From assembly GCA_004764695.1 (NCBI GenBank), contig SMSO01000014.1, positions 6,624,029-6,688,028 of the forward strand: a stretch of DNA of 64,000 nucleotides, read 5' to 3'. A model generated the notes under the pieces. That model saw nothing but the letters and a program-made list of their open reading frames with translations. It searched no databases and was not told where the DNA came from. The stretch comes from Schizochytrium sp. TIO01. Taxonomy: Eukaryota; Protista; Bigyra: Labyrinthulomycetes. Each line of letters begins with the position of its first letter. Position 1 is the stretch's first letter. This document shows, one piece after another, positions 31,822 through 43,186 of this stretch. The translations under genes were made by a program, and so were the position numbers.

Positions 31822-32568
31822 ATGACTGAGGTGGCCCAAGAGAATTGAGGACATCAGAGAAGACACGACGGAGATAGAGTAAGTGCACGATGGAGAGGAG
31901 GAGACAGAAGAAGGAGGCATCGCGTGATCGATGTGTTGTAAAAGTTAGCTTTGTAGAAGCAGAATAGTTGTGTAGTGGCACGAATGAAAGAAGCTGGAAA
32001 TGGCGTATACTTACTCTCACTTGTTCACCAACAAATAAACAAACAAACACAGTCTTTTTGAGACCGAGATTGACTCAGAGGATGCAAAGGCCGTCGCAAA
32101 GGCACTCGAGGGATGCAAGAACCTTCAAAGTTTAACGTACGTTTGTGGAATCACCCACGGAAAGCTATGTGTAGCCTCGTAATAGATAGTATCTTTTCAG
32201 TGGTGTTTTTAGTAAGAATCTAAACGAAAGCACTGCTCGCACTACCTACGTAGTGGGTAATTTAGAAAGGAAAAGAACTCTTTCCTTTAAAAAAGAAGAA
32301 GAAGGAGATCTAACCAGCAGTATCTATATAGAATAAGATAGGCAGGAGAAGGTGATTATCTTTTTATGAGGCAGAGGTTTTGAAAAAGAAAAGAAAAGCA
32401 ACCGAATCACTGACTGGAGCTGTCTTTCCCGACAACGAATGAAAAAACAAACTTATTCATTTATACTCACAGTCTCTATTACAGCGGCGTTGATGTTGAG
32501 GGCGCAAAGGCCGTCGCAAAGGCCGTCGCAAAGACACTCGAGGGATGCCAGAACCTTCAAACTTTAGA
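31822..32568 (+). pseudogene. Truncated ribonuclease-inhibitor/NLRC3-type LRR gene; exons 31822-31878, 32053-32136 (84 nt), 32473-32568 (96 nt)
   Basis: Phase-2 exons are bounded by CAG acceptors and GTAAGT or GTACGT donors. They splice to ..KRIEDIREDTTEIDLFETEIDSEDAKAVAKALEGCKNLQSLTLYYSGVDVEGAKAVAKAVAKTLEGCQNLQTL, which are 28-aa RI-type LRRs. Exon 1 has one extra base relative to the ATG at 31822, and no further exon was found. Confidence 0.75.
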
Positions 32569-32850
32569 GTACGTTTGTGGAATCATCCACGAGGGAAAGC
32601 TGTCGTAATAGGCAGGACCAACCTTTTTCTTTCTTTCTTTTCAGTGCTTGGTGTTTGTAATAGGGGAAAGGAATCAAATCGAAAGCACTGCTGGTACACT
32701 ACCTACGTAGTTTACTTTATTGGGTACTTTAGAAAGGCAAAAAACTCTTTTCTTTTTTAGAAAGAGAAGAAGGAAGGGCAAAAGGAAATCTATATAATTT
32801 GATAGGCAGCAGCAGCAGAAGAAGAGGCCTTTTGGAAGGGTGCTTTCTCC
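32045..32850 (+). repeat. Two diverged tandem copies of a ~420-bp exon+intron unit
   Basis: Shared blocks in both copies: gcaaaggccgtcgcaaag, cactcgagggatgc, gaaccttcaaa, gtacgtttgtggaatca, cgaaagcactgct, cactacctacgtagt and tttagaaagg. Confidence 0.9.
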
Positions 32851-32869
32851 CTGCAATTCGTTCTTTTGG

Positions 32870-34412
32870 GGTTAAACAATACCAAACATCCCAAACTAGT
32901 TGCAGCCAACTTTGCCGCCGTCGGGTAAATTATCCGCTAACCCTACAAGTTTTGCGAACCTTCGCAACTATCCTGTATCGCCCATGCGAGTGAGAACGAT
33001 GTCTATCGATCACTACTTGAGTTTTTGCAGCCGTTGAGGCTACACTAAAACTCTGCGTGAACTATCTACTAGAATTGACTTCACGCGTTTACTTCGAGCA
33101 TGGCTGATGTGAATAGGTTAAGTACTGAGGCTTCAGTCGAAAATTCTTTTGAAGCTTTAATGTTTGACGTAGTGTTGGCCATGCAAGAAACTCGCAATAA
33201 AAAGGTACCTGTATTAAAGAGTCTGTACACCTCATCTGTAAGGCAGCCTGCGCTACAAGGCCAGATGGGCTTTGTGATTAGTTATGTTCCCCAAGGAAAT
33301 GATACGCAGTTTAGTTCGTCGCTCATAGAACCTCGGGAACCGTTGATCGCGGGCGAATTCAAAGGTCCTGGCTTTCCAACCATTGATCTCGGTAGTGAAT
33401 ATTGTGACTACGATTGTGACGATGTGCTTGACAACGACACAAAGATCATTCGGTCATTCGTCAACTTTATAAGTATATGTACTTGAATGGTCTTTTTTGG
33501 TTTGCATTTACACGAACTACATGCATACTCATGTTTTCATTTGGGATTGTGCTGCCAATCTACTTATTACTGATCCCGTTACATATAATAGTGTAGGAGA
33601 CATAGAGAATGGAAGAATCAGCATGATGCAGCTTGTTTCACTTGCTATTCTTCTATTCTTAGAACGCAGATCGATATTGGACCTATTGAAGATTTGGTTA
33701 TGGTTCCCTGTGGTGATGAAAAAGAAGGACACAGAGACCGAAGTCGTCGAGAACTACCAGGTGAATGTAGGAGTGATCGGGACGTCAAGCATGATGATAA
33801 ATCAGACGATAAATCAGAACTGCAAGAGATTACACAAAGGATGGTAAAGCGGTTGACCTCTCGAGGTAATACGTTGTAAGGAGTATAGTGAGCTCGCAGA
33901 AGGCTGCACAGGACCATTATCTCGCTTTCATTTCCCCCCACTAGGAAAAGAAAAGATCGACAATATCGTGAAGGTACTGGACATGTTTAAACAAGAAGAT
34001 CGGATTCCTGAATTTACACATAAAGCTGAAATTTATGAGCAATTAGAATCGCTACAAGGAGAAGATATCCCCGACTTCATCGATCATGGTAGATTTGATG
34101 ATCATGTTCTGTACGGTTTAGGAAGCAATGTATTCTGGTGAGTCATTGTCACCTGAAGTCATCACTGAGGACTTTGTGGAAAAGGCAATGGTGGAATGCT
34201 CTCGGTAAAATCCACCCCTTGGTGTGTTGCACGGTGATGTGGTGGCTCGCAATGGGCTATGCAATAAGGAAATTTAGAGGCCTGTCATTATCGACTTTGG
34301 CATGGCTAAGCGCAAGACAGACATGAGTGAGGAAGCCCTCGGTTGATCTGCAGATACGGAGATTGCTGAACTTCGACATAAGTTGAAGACAGTAAGAACA
34401 AATCAGTCTTAA
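32870..34412 (+). pseudogene. Decayed protein kinase gene (Crinkler/fungal-type, Kdo-WaaP/RIO-like fold) with a probable N-terminal PD-(D/E)xK nuclease-like domain
   Basis: Read across frames: LAEGCTG, IVKVLD, EIYEQLESLQGEDIP..HG, GVLHGDVVARN (34221-34253) and PVIIDFGMAK (DFG at 34293). Upstream are IAGEFKGP and TNYMHTHVF. There are multiple frameshifts and in-frame stops. The 5' boundary is approximate. Confidence 0.75.
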
Positions 34413-34976
34413 AAAGAGCCTGTGATACGCAACTTCTTCTTGTACGCTCCCATCAATGATTGGATACTATGATACTAAGATTGAGAAGTTTTCTGCATTT
34501 TGATTTTGCACAAGGACTACATGTAAAGCAGGAGCAGGAGTAGTATTACAGATAATCCATTCTCCACACCTATGACCTGGTAATAGGATATTAACTCTGT
34601 CGTGGCCACTATCTACTATTACATAGTAGATCAATTGTAAAATGAGACTCCGAACATAAGCTGTTGCACTCCAAACAACTTTTGAAAGCTAGAATGATAC
34701 CATCAAATAAATGTAATCAGTAATCACATAGCAACCAGCTGCATACCTTCATTGTAGCTTGCAACCAAAAGTGCTCCCAAAAATCAAAGCAGAAATATTA
34801 CATGTGTAATATATAAGCGACAAAGGCTGGCATATTCCTATTTCTGAAGAGTCTAGCTCATGTTTGGTTAATATTTGTCTACACATGTCATATATGTAAA
34901 CACTTCAATTTAATCAATTCATTCGGGGTCATTTAGAAAGAAAACATATAAATTTAAAATCAACACGTAAGACTTA

Positions 34977-36914
34977 TTATTCCTTGTGCTCTGTACTGCT
35001 ACCATCTTCGCCATCATAGCCGGAGGCAAGCAGTTCGGAAGCATCCTCTGCAGAGCCTCCAGGTGCATCGACAGATTTAGGAGATGCTGCAGCGGGCGAA
35101 CTGCTGTTCTTTGATGCGTCAGAAGTAACGCCAGGTTGGGCAGCACTCATTTGTGCCGCGGCTGCGGAGGCAAGGTTGGCGGCTTCAATTGGGTCCTCAT
35201 CAGACTGTACAATCTTCAAAAAATCTTCATCAATTTTTTGCAAGAGCTTGGTCATTTCTGCCTGTGCTTCATCATCGTCATTAAGACCTGTTTGGACCTG
35301 CTGTTGGGTTGCTTGCTGTGAGATTTTTTGCTGCTTTCGTGCAATTTCACGCGAGCGAATTTCCAGATTTTTCTCGCGCTTGGTCTCACGTTCAAACATT
35401 CCTGAAATTGCAAGTTTCTCGTTTGACTGCTGAAGAGCCAGGGAATCACAAACTTGTAAAAGTGAAACTGTACCATTTCGATCTCCAACGCCCATGAGTT
35501 TACCCTGTGCGTGTACCGAGATAGAGGAGAGTGGGGCGTCACTGACTTTGTGACTGTATGCGACCTCGTTCTGTCGATAAAAGTAATCCCAAAAATCAAC
35601 AACACCATCTTCACGGGTAACATAGAACACACCGGGTCGTGTAGGGCTCCAACATCCACCTGTGAGGTACGCCGGGTGGTACTTGGTCGTAAGAATAGGT
35701 GTTTTGAGATCCTCCATCCAGATACGTGCAGTCCAATCGCCCACAGTAAGAAAGAACTTGGAGTGCACTGGGTTTCGTTGGATAGAGTAAATTGGCCCAT
35801 GATGACGACCTGCCATAGTGTCATACACGGTAATGCCGTTGTTGACCTTTTTATTGCGCAAATTCACCGACATAACCACACCTTGCTCTGTACCAACAAG
35901 ATACTTGGAGGGCCCGGCTTCTTGGTTGTATTCCATGGATGTGGCTCCTAGCGTAGTATTTGGTAGGTGCGGGTGTTTTCCAGTATTGAGCTCGATACGC
36001 TCTAATGGCTCACGCAAGCGACGTGTATCCCACCAAAGCATTGTTCCATCACTCGAACAACTTGCGCAGAGGTTGCCGGTCTTTGATGAGGTCCAGAAAA
36101 CGTCATAGACTGGGTCATGATGAGAGTTCTCAATAACAGAAGTTTCACAAGGCTTAGAGCCGCTTTTACGAGAATCAAAAAATGTGATGAGACCATTGTA
36201 AGAGCCACCAACCAACTGTTCGGGCTGCTTAGGATTATAACGCAAACAGCACAGCGGTGAGCTAGGTAAGAGCTCCATCTCTGGGGTGTTCGGGTTTGTA
36301 ACATCCCAAATATAGCTTTGCATGGGAAGGGCTGCGGAGTCGCCAAGGAATCTAGGGTCCTGGAAACGAAGAACACTATACGTGACTGCAAGGCGGTTGC
36401 TGTCAGGTTGCCAATCAATGCTAGTTGCTGTGCGTCGTACCTCGCTAGGGTCGCGAAATACAGCTAGACCTTTAGCAGAGGGCGGTTCGCTGCTATGATC
36501 AATCCAGGTACCCTCAAAGTACTCCTCGTAGATATCAATTGTATTGTTTTGCATTGCGGCTCGCTCAATGACCGGCCCAAGACCTTTGACCGTTTGCTTA
36601 AAATCTTCAGTCTTTTCAACCTTTTTGCGGTAGCGTAATACATCTCCTTTCTCTGAAGGATCGATGTCCTTCGGCCAGCCACCTTCGCGATGCGTCATAT
36701 TCATTGTCTGTGTCTTAGATACCAGAGTGGACACAGAGCTGAGACTCATCTCTGATGTCGTATCCAGCTCAATGCTACAAGGGTTCTCCTCAATATAGTT
36801 ATCCTCCAGCGGTCGGTCGCTGCCGAAGTACTCGAGCTCGTTCACATAGGTCTCTCGCAAGTAACTTGTGTCCCGACCAAATTTCTTGCGCAACTCTACA
36901 ATAGAGCTCTCCAT
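34977..36914 (-). CDS. DNAI2: Axonemal outer-arm dynein intermediate chain 2 (IC2/IC69/ODA6)
   Basis: Matches the family: HREGGWPKDID, QNNTIDIYEEYF, SYIWDVTNPNTP, GGSYNG, SHHDPVY, HHGPIYSIQRNP..FFLTVGDWTARIW, WSPTRP and MFERETKREKNLE. Confidence 0.95.
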   Translation of the reverse strand: MESSIVELRKKFGRDTSYLRETYVNELEYFGSDRPLEDNYIEENPCSIELDTTSEMSLSSVSTLVSKTQTMNMTHREGGWPKDIDPSEKGDVLRYRKKVEKTEDFKQTVKGLGPVIERAAMQNNTIDIYEEYFEGTWIDHSSEPPSAKGLAVFRDPSEVRRTATSIDWQPDSNRLAVTYSVLRFQDPRFLGDSAALPMQSYIWDVTNPNTPEMELLPSSPLCCLRYNPKQPEQLVGGSYNGLITFFDSRKSGSKPCETSVIENSHHDPVYDVFWTSSKTGNLCASCSSDGTMLWWDTRRLREPLERIELNTGKHPHLPNTTLGATSMEYNQEAGPSKYLVGTEQGVVMSVNLRNKKVNNGITVYDTMAGRHHGPIYSIQRNPVHSKFFLTVGDWTARIWMEDLKTPILTTKYHPAYLTGGCWSPTRPGVFYVTREDGVVDFWDYFYRQNEVAYSHKVSDAPLSSISVHAQGKLMGVGDRNGTVSLLQVCDSLALQQSNEKLAISGMFERETKREKNLEIRSREIARKQQKISQQATQQQVQTGLNDDDEAQAEMTKLLQKIDEDFLKIVQSDEDPIEAANLASAAAAQMSAAQPGVTSDASKNSSSPAAASPKSVDAPGGSAEDASELLASGYDGEDGSSTEHKE

Positions 36915-37527
36915 GGTGCTGTCAACGGGTTGATTTGAGTAAAGGAAGGATTTTCGTCAATTTCCGACGCCCAGCCGTCAGCTGAAAACTCCTGAAGGTT
37001 CTGCGCACCGTATGCCAGTCTCCTCGCTAAGCGCTGCAACAGTTCCGAGGAAACTAAAAGTCTCAGTGCAGCGTCAAGGAACTGCCAAGCTCTTAGACCT
37101 CACAAACGATGGTCTTTGACGGCCACTGGGCCTCTGTAAGTGCCTCCGCGCGTTGTCCTTGAGCGCAGAGCGGTGATTTGCCACAGCAAATCGAGGTCTG
37201 CCGAAGTAGTAGTCCCAGCACCTCGCCCACTCGTAACATTGTATATTGTAAACTACTAAGACTCCAACGTCAGAACCTTGGGCCACAACGGTTCTCAGCA
37301 GCTAAGAATTAATAACTTTAGTTACTCAGTGAGTACTTAGGTCCCTAGGTACATACTGTATATAAACAACATGAAAGAAGTAAGGGAGCTTTCCATTGCG
37401 TCGATGCAGAATCGCAAGTAATCTGGCTTGACGGTTCGAGGCAACTCAGAGCGAGGTTTCGAGGTGCCCTGGGGTGCGGTGAAGTTCTGGTTTATAAAAG
37501 AAGCTTCGGGCCGTTGCTGCGAGCACC

Positions 37528-37869
37528 ATGGCACCACCTGGAGCTCCAGGATCAGCAACGACTGTGAAAGATGTACTCATGCAGCGCGTGGGGTTTTATC
37601 CGACGAATCCGGTTGCGTGGATGTATGCGGCTCGAGGCTTGTACAAACTTGGTGATTATCATCTATGCATCGAGGCGCTTTCGCACTGTTTGAGGAATCC
37701 GAAAACGCTCAAGGAAGCACAACATTTACTCGGTTTCTCGTTGATGCACACGAAGCAGTATGAAGCGGCAGCAGCAGCTTTTAACAAATCGGTAAAGATG
37801 GGCAATGAGACAGATTGGCAACCGCTCATCGAGCTCTACCTCGAGCACCCAAACCTAGAGCAGCGATGA
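37528..37869 (+). CDS. Small two-TPR protein (113 aa)
   Basis: TPR-like helices AWMYAARGLYKLGDYHLCIEALSHCL and AQHLLGFSLMHTKQYEAAAAAFNKSV. Strong start context caccATGG. Confidence 0.75.
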   Translation: MAPPGAPGSATTVKDVLMQRVGFYPTNPVAWMYAARGLYKLGDYHLCIEALSHCLRNPKTLKEAQHLLGFSLMHTKQYEAAAAAFNKSVKMGNETDWQPLIELYLEHPNLEQR

Positions 37870-38926
37870 TGATTGAGCTGTCCATTTTTAAAACTTTTCG
37901 CTTTTCTTAATAATGACGGATGAAGTTTGAAGCATATTGGGCTTGAACTGGGCATATCCATGTGTAAACGTTGAGAGCTGGTTTTTATTCAGAGATTATG
38001 CTGAGTAGAAATATTTTTTTGGTAACAATTCTTGTATTTGTTCGAATACGCATATACATCTACATAGATTTACCCACTCACAGGTTATGTAGGAAAGAAG
38101 AAACGACCAAGTGACTCAACACTGCGTGTCTTTGGGACAGGTTTGTTGCTTTGCTAAAACCTATCAACTTATTGTCTGATGACCTGAAGATCTTTTTCAT
38201 TTAAAAGTAAACCTCCATTGCGCCTGTGCGAGAAGAGTTAGGTTGGCATTGGTATTTTCGGTGGATCATGGTACATCTAAAACGTTGAAAGGGGTCCAAT
38301 CAGCCTAATTAAGGATGGTAGAAACTATCTGACCACCGTTAAGGGCCGAGTGGTTTGAATAAAGCTTATTGCCTGCGCCAATTCATCAGTAATCCTGGCA
38401 ACTAAAAGTGACAAGTACATCTTTATGACCATTAAAAGCAATTTGTATAGTCTCATTAGCATCTGGTCTTTATTTTTCAAAGTATGTTCACCGTTGATGA
38501 TTTAGTGAAGTGCCTTTCTGCTTATCTTCTGTTTTAAAATATTCATCACATCTTAGCTTGTTTTGGGGTGTCCACAAAATTCCCGTCATACAGGTATACA
38601 AGTGGTGTATAAATGCATATGATCATTAACCTCTTTATCGATTGTGCTTTTCCTTGAAAGCGTTGTGACCGCTACACATATATCTCTTCTCCATCCCAGG
38701 AGAAAAGAACTGAATAGAGTTCCTGAGATCTAAAAAATACAAAAATGATTCCTTTTTAAGTTTATATTCAAGATTAAAGTTCCAGTGTAGTGACCGATCA
38801 ATCGGTATACATGACAAAAGGAACCGTGACGAGAGGGGAGGAATCGAAAACAGAATGTAGAAAGAGCATCCTCTGAATGGAATAAACGGCTGATCTGGCG
38901 AGAGGTTGAAAATCAAGCAGGCTTGG

Positions 38927-39799
38927 CTATAACTGAAGGGCAAATCTTTCAGCTTTATGAACCTCCTCCAGTATTTTGGAGGTTAGCCAAGCTTGATATG
39001 ATGCGAGGTAATGTTCAGTCATCTCGTAAACATTGTAGGCCATCTTTGGTGCGTCGCGTTCAGGGGGATATCCGCACTCACGGCAATAAACTGTACCAAA
39101 GTGTTCAAAACGGAGCCACCATGGCGGCATACTGGGAACTGTATCTGCGCCATTTATGAGTCGAATTTGCTTAAACTTATCATGCACGAGATCACTTAAG
39201 CTAGTCTCCAGTGTACGAGGGCTGCCAAACGTGATAAGAGTAAGCTGGGAAGCAGGCACGATCTCATCAAGGTAAAGAGCTGCAGCTATTATCTGTGCAA
39301 TAGCGCCACCCCGGGAGTGTCCAACAACAATGACATCATCACGTGCGAGGTCGCACTTTCTTTGCATGCGGCGGAGGACTTCAAAACGCATTTCGTTAAA
39401 AGATTCTACAAATTCGCGCAGCCCAAGACCAATTCGTTTCCACGAAAGGCACCCGTGCTCTGGCAGGCCCACTCTGTTCCCGATGCGGCACTTAAACCCT
39501 GCAATGGATCCCTTGACAAAGGACATTCCAGCTGCCCATTTGTTGATGTCTTCTGAATCCTTCGCCATGATGTAGCACTTATACTGCGACCTGTGAACCT
39601 CCACAATATCCCCATTCGCAATAATAGGTTTATAAAACTTGGACATTTCTTTTGCAGCTGCCGCAGCGAGAGCCTCGTCTGCCAGACTTTCATCCAAGGT
39701 ATATTCTTCAGACCCAGCTTGAGCGATTGTGACGGCCAGTAGCACCACAAGTAACAGCAGTACACCTCTCAAAGTTCGTTTTCCACGGGATTCCCTCAT
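38927..39799 (-). CDS. Secreted class-3 lipase (alpha/beta hydrolase)
   Basis: Signal peptide, nucleophile elbow VVGHSRGGAIA, ITFGSPR, catalytic Asp in NGADTVP and a candidate catalytic His in TEHYLASY. Confidence 0.9.
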   Translation of the reverse strand: MRESRGKRTLRGVLLLLVVLLAVTIAQAGSEEYTLDESLADEALAAAAAKEMSKFYKPIIANGDIVEVHRSQYKCYIMAKDSEDINKWAAGMSFVKGSIAGFKCRIGNRVGLPEHGCLSWKRIGLGLREFVESFNEMRFEVLRRMQRKCDLARDDVIVVGHSRGGAIAQIIAAALYLDEIVPASQLTLITFGSPRTLETSLSDLVHDKFKQIRLINGADTVPSMPPWWLRFEHFGTVYCRECGYPPERDAPKMAYNVYEMTEHYLASYQAWLTSKILEEVHKAERFALQL

Positions 39800-42700
39800 C
39801 GGTCCTGTTCCGACTTCAAGCGCCTTTGGGCTATCACAAGTTCAGAATAACGTCTGATTTAGCGCCGTCGACACTATCTCCAACCTGTCCTTCGAGCACG
39901 CCCTCCTCGCAGCCCTTCTCGAGTGTCCTTGACTCAAAGTACAGTGCCCTCAAAATCGACTAATCCCAAATCCTCAAAAGCTAGTTTCTATAACCCTTGA
40001 GAACCTTCGCAACAGGTCTGAGGGGTATCCAACGGCGGTCTGTGGGCCAAAGCAGACGCCGTCGCTGCTGTCGCAGCCCAAAGGTTGAATCCGACGGTTC
40101 GGGTTTAGTAGTTGATTGATTGATTGTTTGTTTGTTTGTTTGTTTAGTGGCCTGTACCTCCTGTACATGTACAGCTCTCGTTTTTCAGGTATTTCCTTTC
40201 TTTTTCTTTCAGAGCAAAAATGTTAAAAAACTTGAAATAAATGAGTGTGAAACCATACAAATCAGAGTCACCCCAAACAGCCCAAACAAAGCAATCACCT
40301 CAATCTTCTGCGTTCAATAAGAAGGCCAGAAGTTCGTCAGGGATACTTGTAGCGTCTGCTTACACGACGGCTGTTTTGCAGATCACTCGGGTCGGCCGTA
40401 CTTTCGATGGAGCTCATGGATGCATGCGGAAAGAATGCCGTTCATTCGTTCATGCTGATCTATCGAACGATGAAAAGCTTTTACTCGTACATAATTTAAT
40501 TTGGAAACTAAAAATAAATAAATAATTCGTTACTCAATGAAACAAAAATTATAGAATTATAGGGTAGCAATCGAATCATGCACGAACTCTTTGGGCGCCG
40601 CCACGAGATCCAGGGGGTTCACAGGCAGTCACAATAGCCGTGCAGGCGTCTCGGGTAAGAATCGAAATCTTGTAGGCATGCATCCTTGGCCCTTTTCGAC
40701 AGAAACGCCTCGTTACTCGACTTTGGCGACATCAGTCACATTCCCTCAGAGGAGGTGTGCGCAGGGAAACCAACCAACCTTGAGCAGCTAAAGCTTCCCA
40801 AGACGCTGGTGCCGTGGCTTTCTTGAGCTACTCGGCAGCCACGCTCGAAGAGGCACCGGCAGAGTCAGGCAGTCCTGCTCAAGCAATGCGAGCGACCGCA
40901 CCGCGTCTTGAGCTCGAGTTGGCTCTGATTTCAGGACCTTGAAGCCCACATACATGGCAGAATCCTGACTGTCACAAGTGAGCTTCGGTTCAACCTGTCA
41001 CAGGTTCCATCGAAGTCAAGACCGCCATCGCGCACGAGATCTTGCGCCTGCCGTTGATGTGACCTCGCTCAAATGCCGCCTCCCGCACGCTCCTGTCCAC
41101 CTGCGATATGCTGTCACTACGATCACGACCGTGATATAGCAAACCTAAGGGCGTCAAATGCGCAGCATTGCTCATCAGAGATTCTACACCTGCCTCGAGA
41201 GCGGTAGGCGCTGGGTAGTTAAAGATCACCGTCACAGCGGTGCCATTCAGCCACTGCCGGTAGGTGGCCCAGTCGCCTGGCCTTCAGACCAAATCGCTCC
41301 TCGGCTCCAAGCCTGATGATGGCCTTCCGGTTCTTCTTGGTGTTCACATCACCGATAATCATCGTCGAAGAAAGAAGAGTAATATGAGATATTGCACAAT
41401 CAGAAAAGATGAGTACCTCGCTAGCACCTCTTAGGCATTCTACTACAGGACTTCTTTTAAAGTAGGTAATTAAGTATATGTTCATTATCACACATTTTAA
41501 GTAAAGTTAATTTCTTAAAATTGTAGTTCACTTTTTAGTTTTTTTTTAGGGATCTCGAACGCCGCGAGAAGAAGACCGCAGAGCCCTTCTTCGGGCCGGC
41601 TCGCTTGACAGTTTAGGGGCGATGGAAACCAAAGCTCGGCCGCAGTACAGGCAGGGGAGAACATAATAATTGAGTTGCGTGGATCGGTTGAAGCTTTGTT
41701 TGGTCAACCATGCCACGGCTTTATCCCTTGCTTTACTTTCCGGGTTGAAATGTTAACTCATTATTTATTCTTAAAAGTAAAATAAAATGTTTTTTTGTCT
41801 GTTTTTTGTTAACTCGAAAGTTAATCGGAAAACTGTTCGATACCAGGTTGCGTTTGAAGGTTTGATACAAGAGTAATATGAGAGGACAGGCCCATGATGC
41901 GATTCATTGCGCTGACTATTACTCCTATTGTAAAGTAGTCCTGCCTAGGCACTTTCCTACCAGTCCTGAGGCTCAAAGACAAGTGCGAAACCCCAATTTG
42001 GGATAAATGGGTTGCTCAGATTGAGTTCAGACTCGAAGGTGACGTACGAGATCTCGAGGTGAGAACTTGAAGTGTCAGGTTGGTCGCAAGTTAGAGATGT
42101 AGGAATGTTTGCATCGCGCGAGGTCGAGCTAGCTCGCTTGTGGAGATACTCTAGGGGAAGAGCGTGATGAGATCTGGTTTTGACCAAGTATGGAAAGCTG
42201 AAAGAAGTCTTTAGCACACGATGAATGACGAATGTAAGCATGGGTATGGGTTGATTGGCATTCTGCTGGAAGATGAGGTGACACATTTAGCACTTGTAGT
42301 TTGTAGGGACCTAATTGCTGTTATGAGAAGATAAATGATCTTGCGCTGGGTGATATGGGTTGGCCTCCTGATAGTGCAGGGCTTAATTTGTTTTGAGGTA
42401 TTACTCTATCAAAACTTCACGGTTATTACGGAAATGGATGACAGAATAAGAGAATGTGCAAATCATACTTCCGGGCCCAGGACGAAATTTATCATATTAG
42501 AGATATCAAGCGCAGAGTATAAATTGCAACAGCAACAACAAGAAATCTGATAAATCAAACTCAAAGTCACTGCTGCGTTCTAGACCATGGGAAAATAAAA
42601 CAGGAACCATCAACAACAAGCTTAATGTTATTTCAGGTGCATCTCAGGGTAGGTTTCTCTGTCCACACCATCTTTCATCAGGTATTCTGTGATGACACCT

Positions 42701-43186
42701 GAATCAAAGCTTCCAGCGTAAGAAGGGGAAACACGATCTCTTGTGCAACATACCTAAGCTCGCAAGTGTAATTGATGAAAGAATGTGTCCGAAAGGTTGC
42801 CAGTGTATTTAAAAAAGGAAAGGAAGGCCAGACAATGAAAGTAAATGAAAGCTCGAGCATCATCAACATTTTTGATAGGCAGTTGACTCATCAGGGTTTG
42901 CGATTTTCGAAAGTATCTAAACAAGAATTATCAAGATTAACGGTCTATATTTGCACATATATGATAAACTAATAGTAGTAGGTAGCTTCTACTGGGAATG
43001 CTTGTGGAGTTTATTTAGACCATAAACTAAACGCGAGAAGACTGACAGAGTCGTCTCCAAGTCTGGAAACACAGGTAGAACCACTGCAGCTTTCCTGCAC
43101 AAGGTCGTGCGATACACAAGCCTATCGGGCTGTCAAGAATTAAAGGTGGATTTCTATTAGGAAGGCAAAACGGCTTAAGAATCGAG

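Noticed and set aside
32045-32850. Repeat-spacer pattern as a CRISPR array
   Set aside because: The context is eukaryotic, there are only two long diverged units, and exon-intron duplication explains them.
32937-32945. CTAACCCTA, resembling a telomerase RNA template
   Set aside because: A 9-mer is expected by chance in 64 kb, it lies inside the kinase pseudogene, and no supporting structure was seen.
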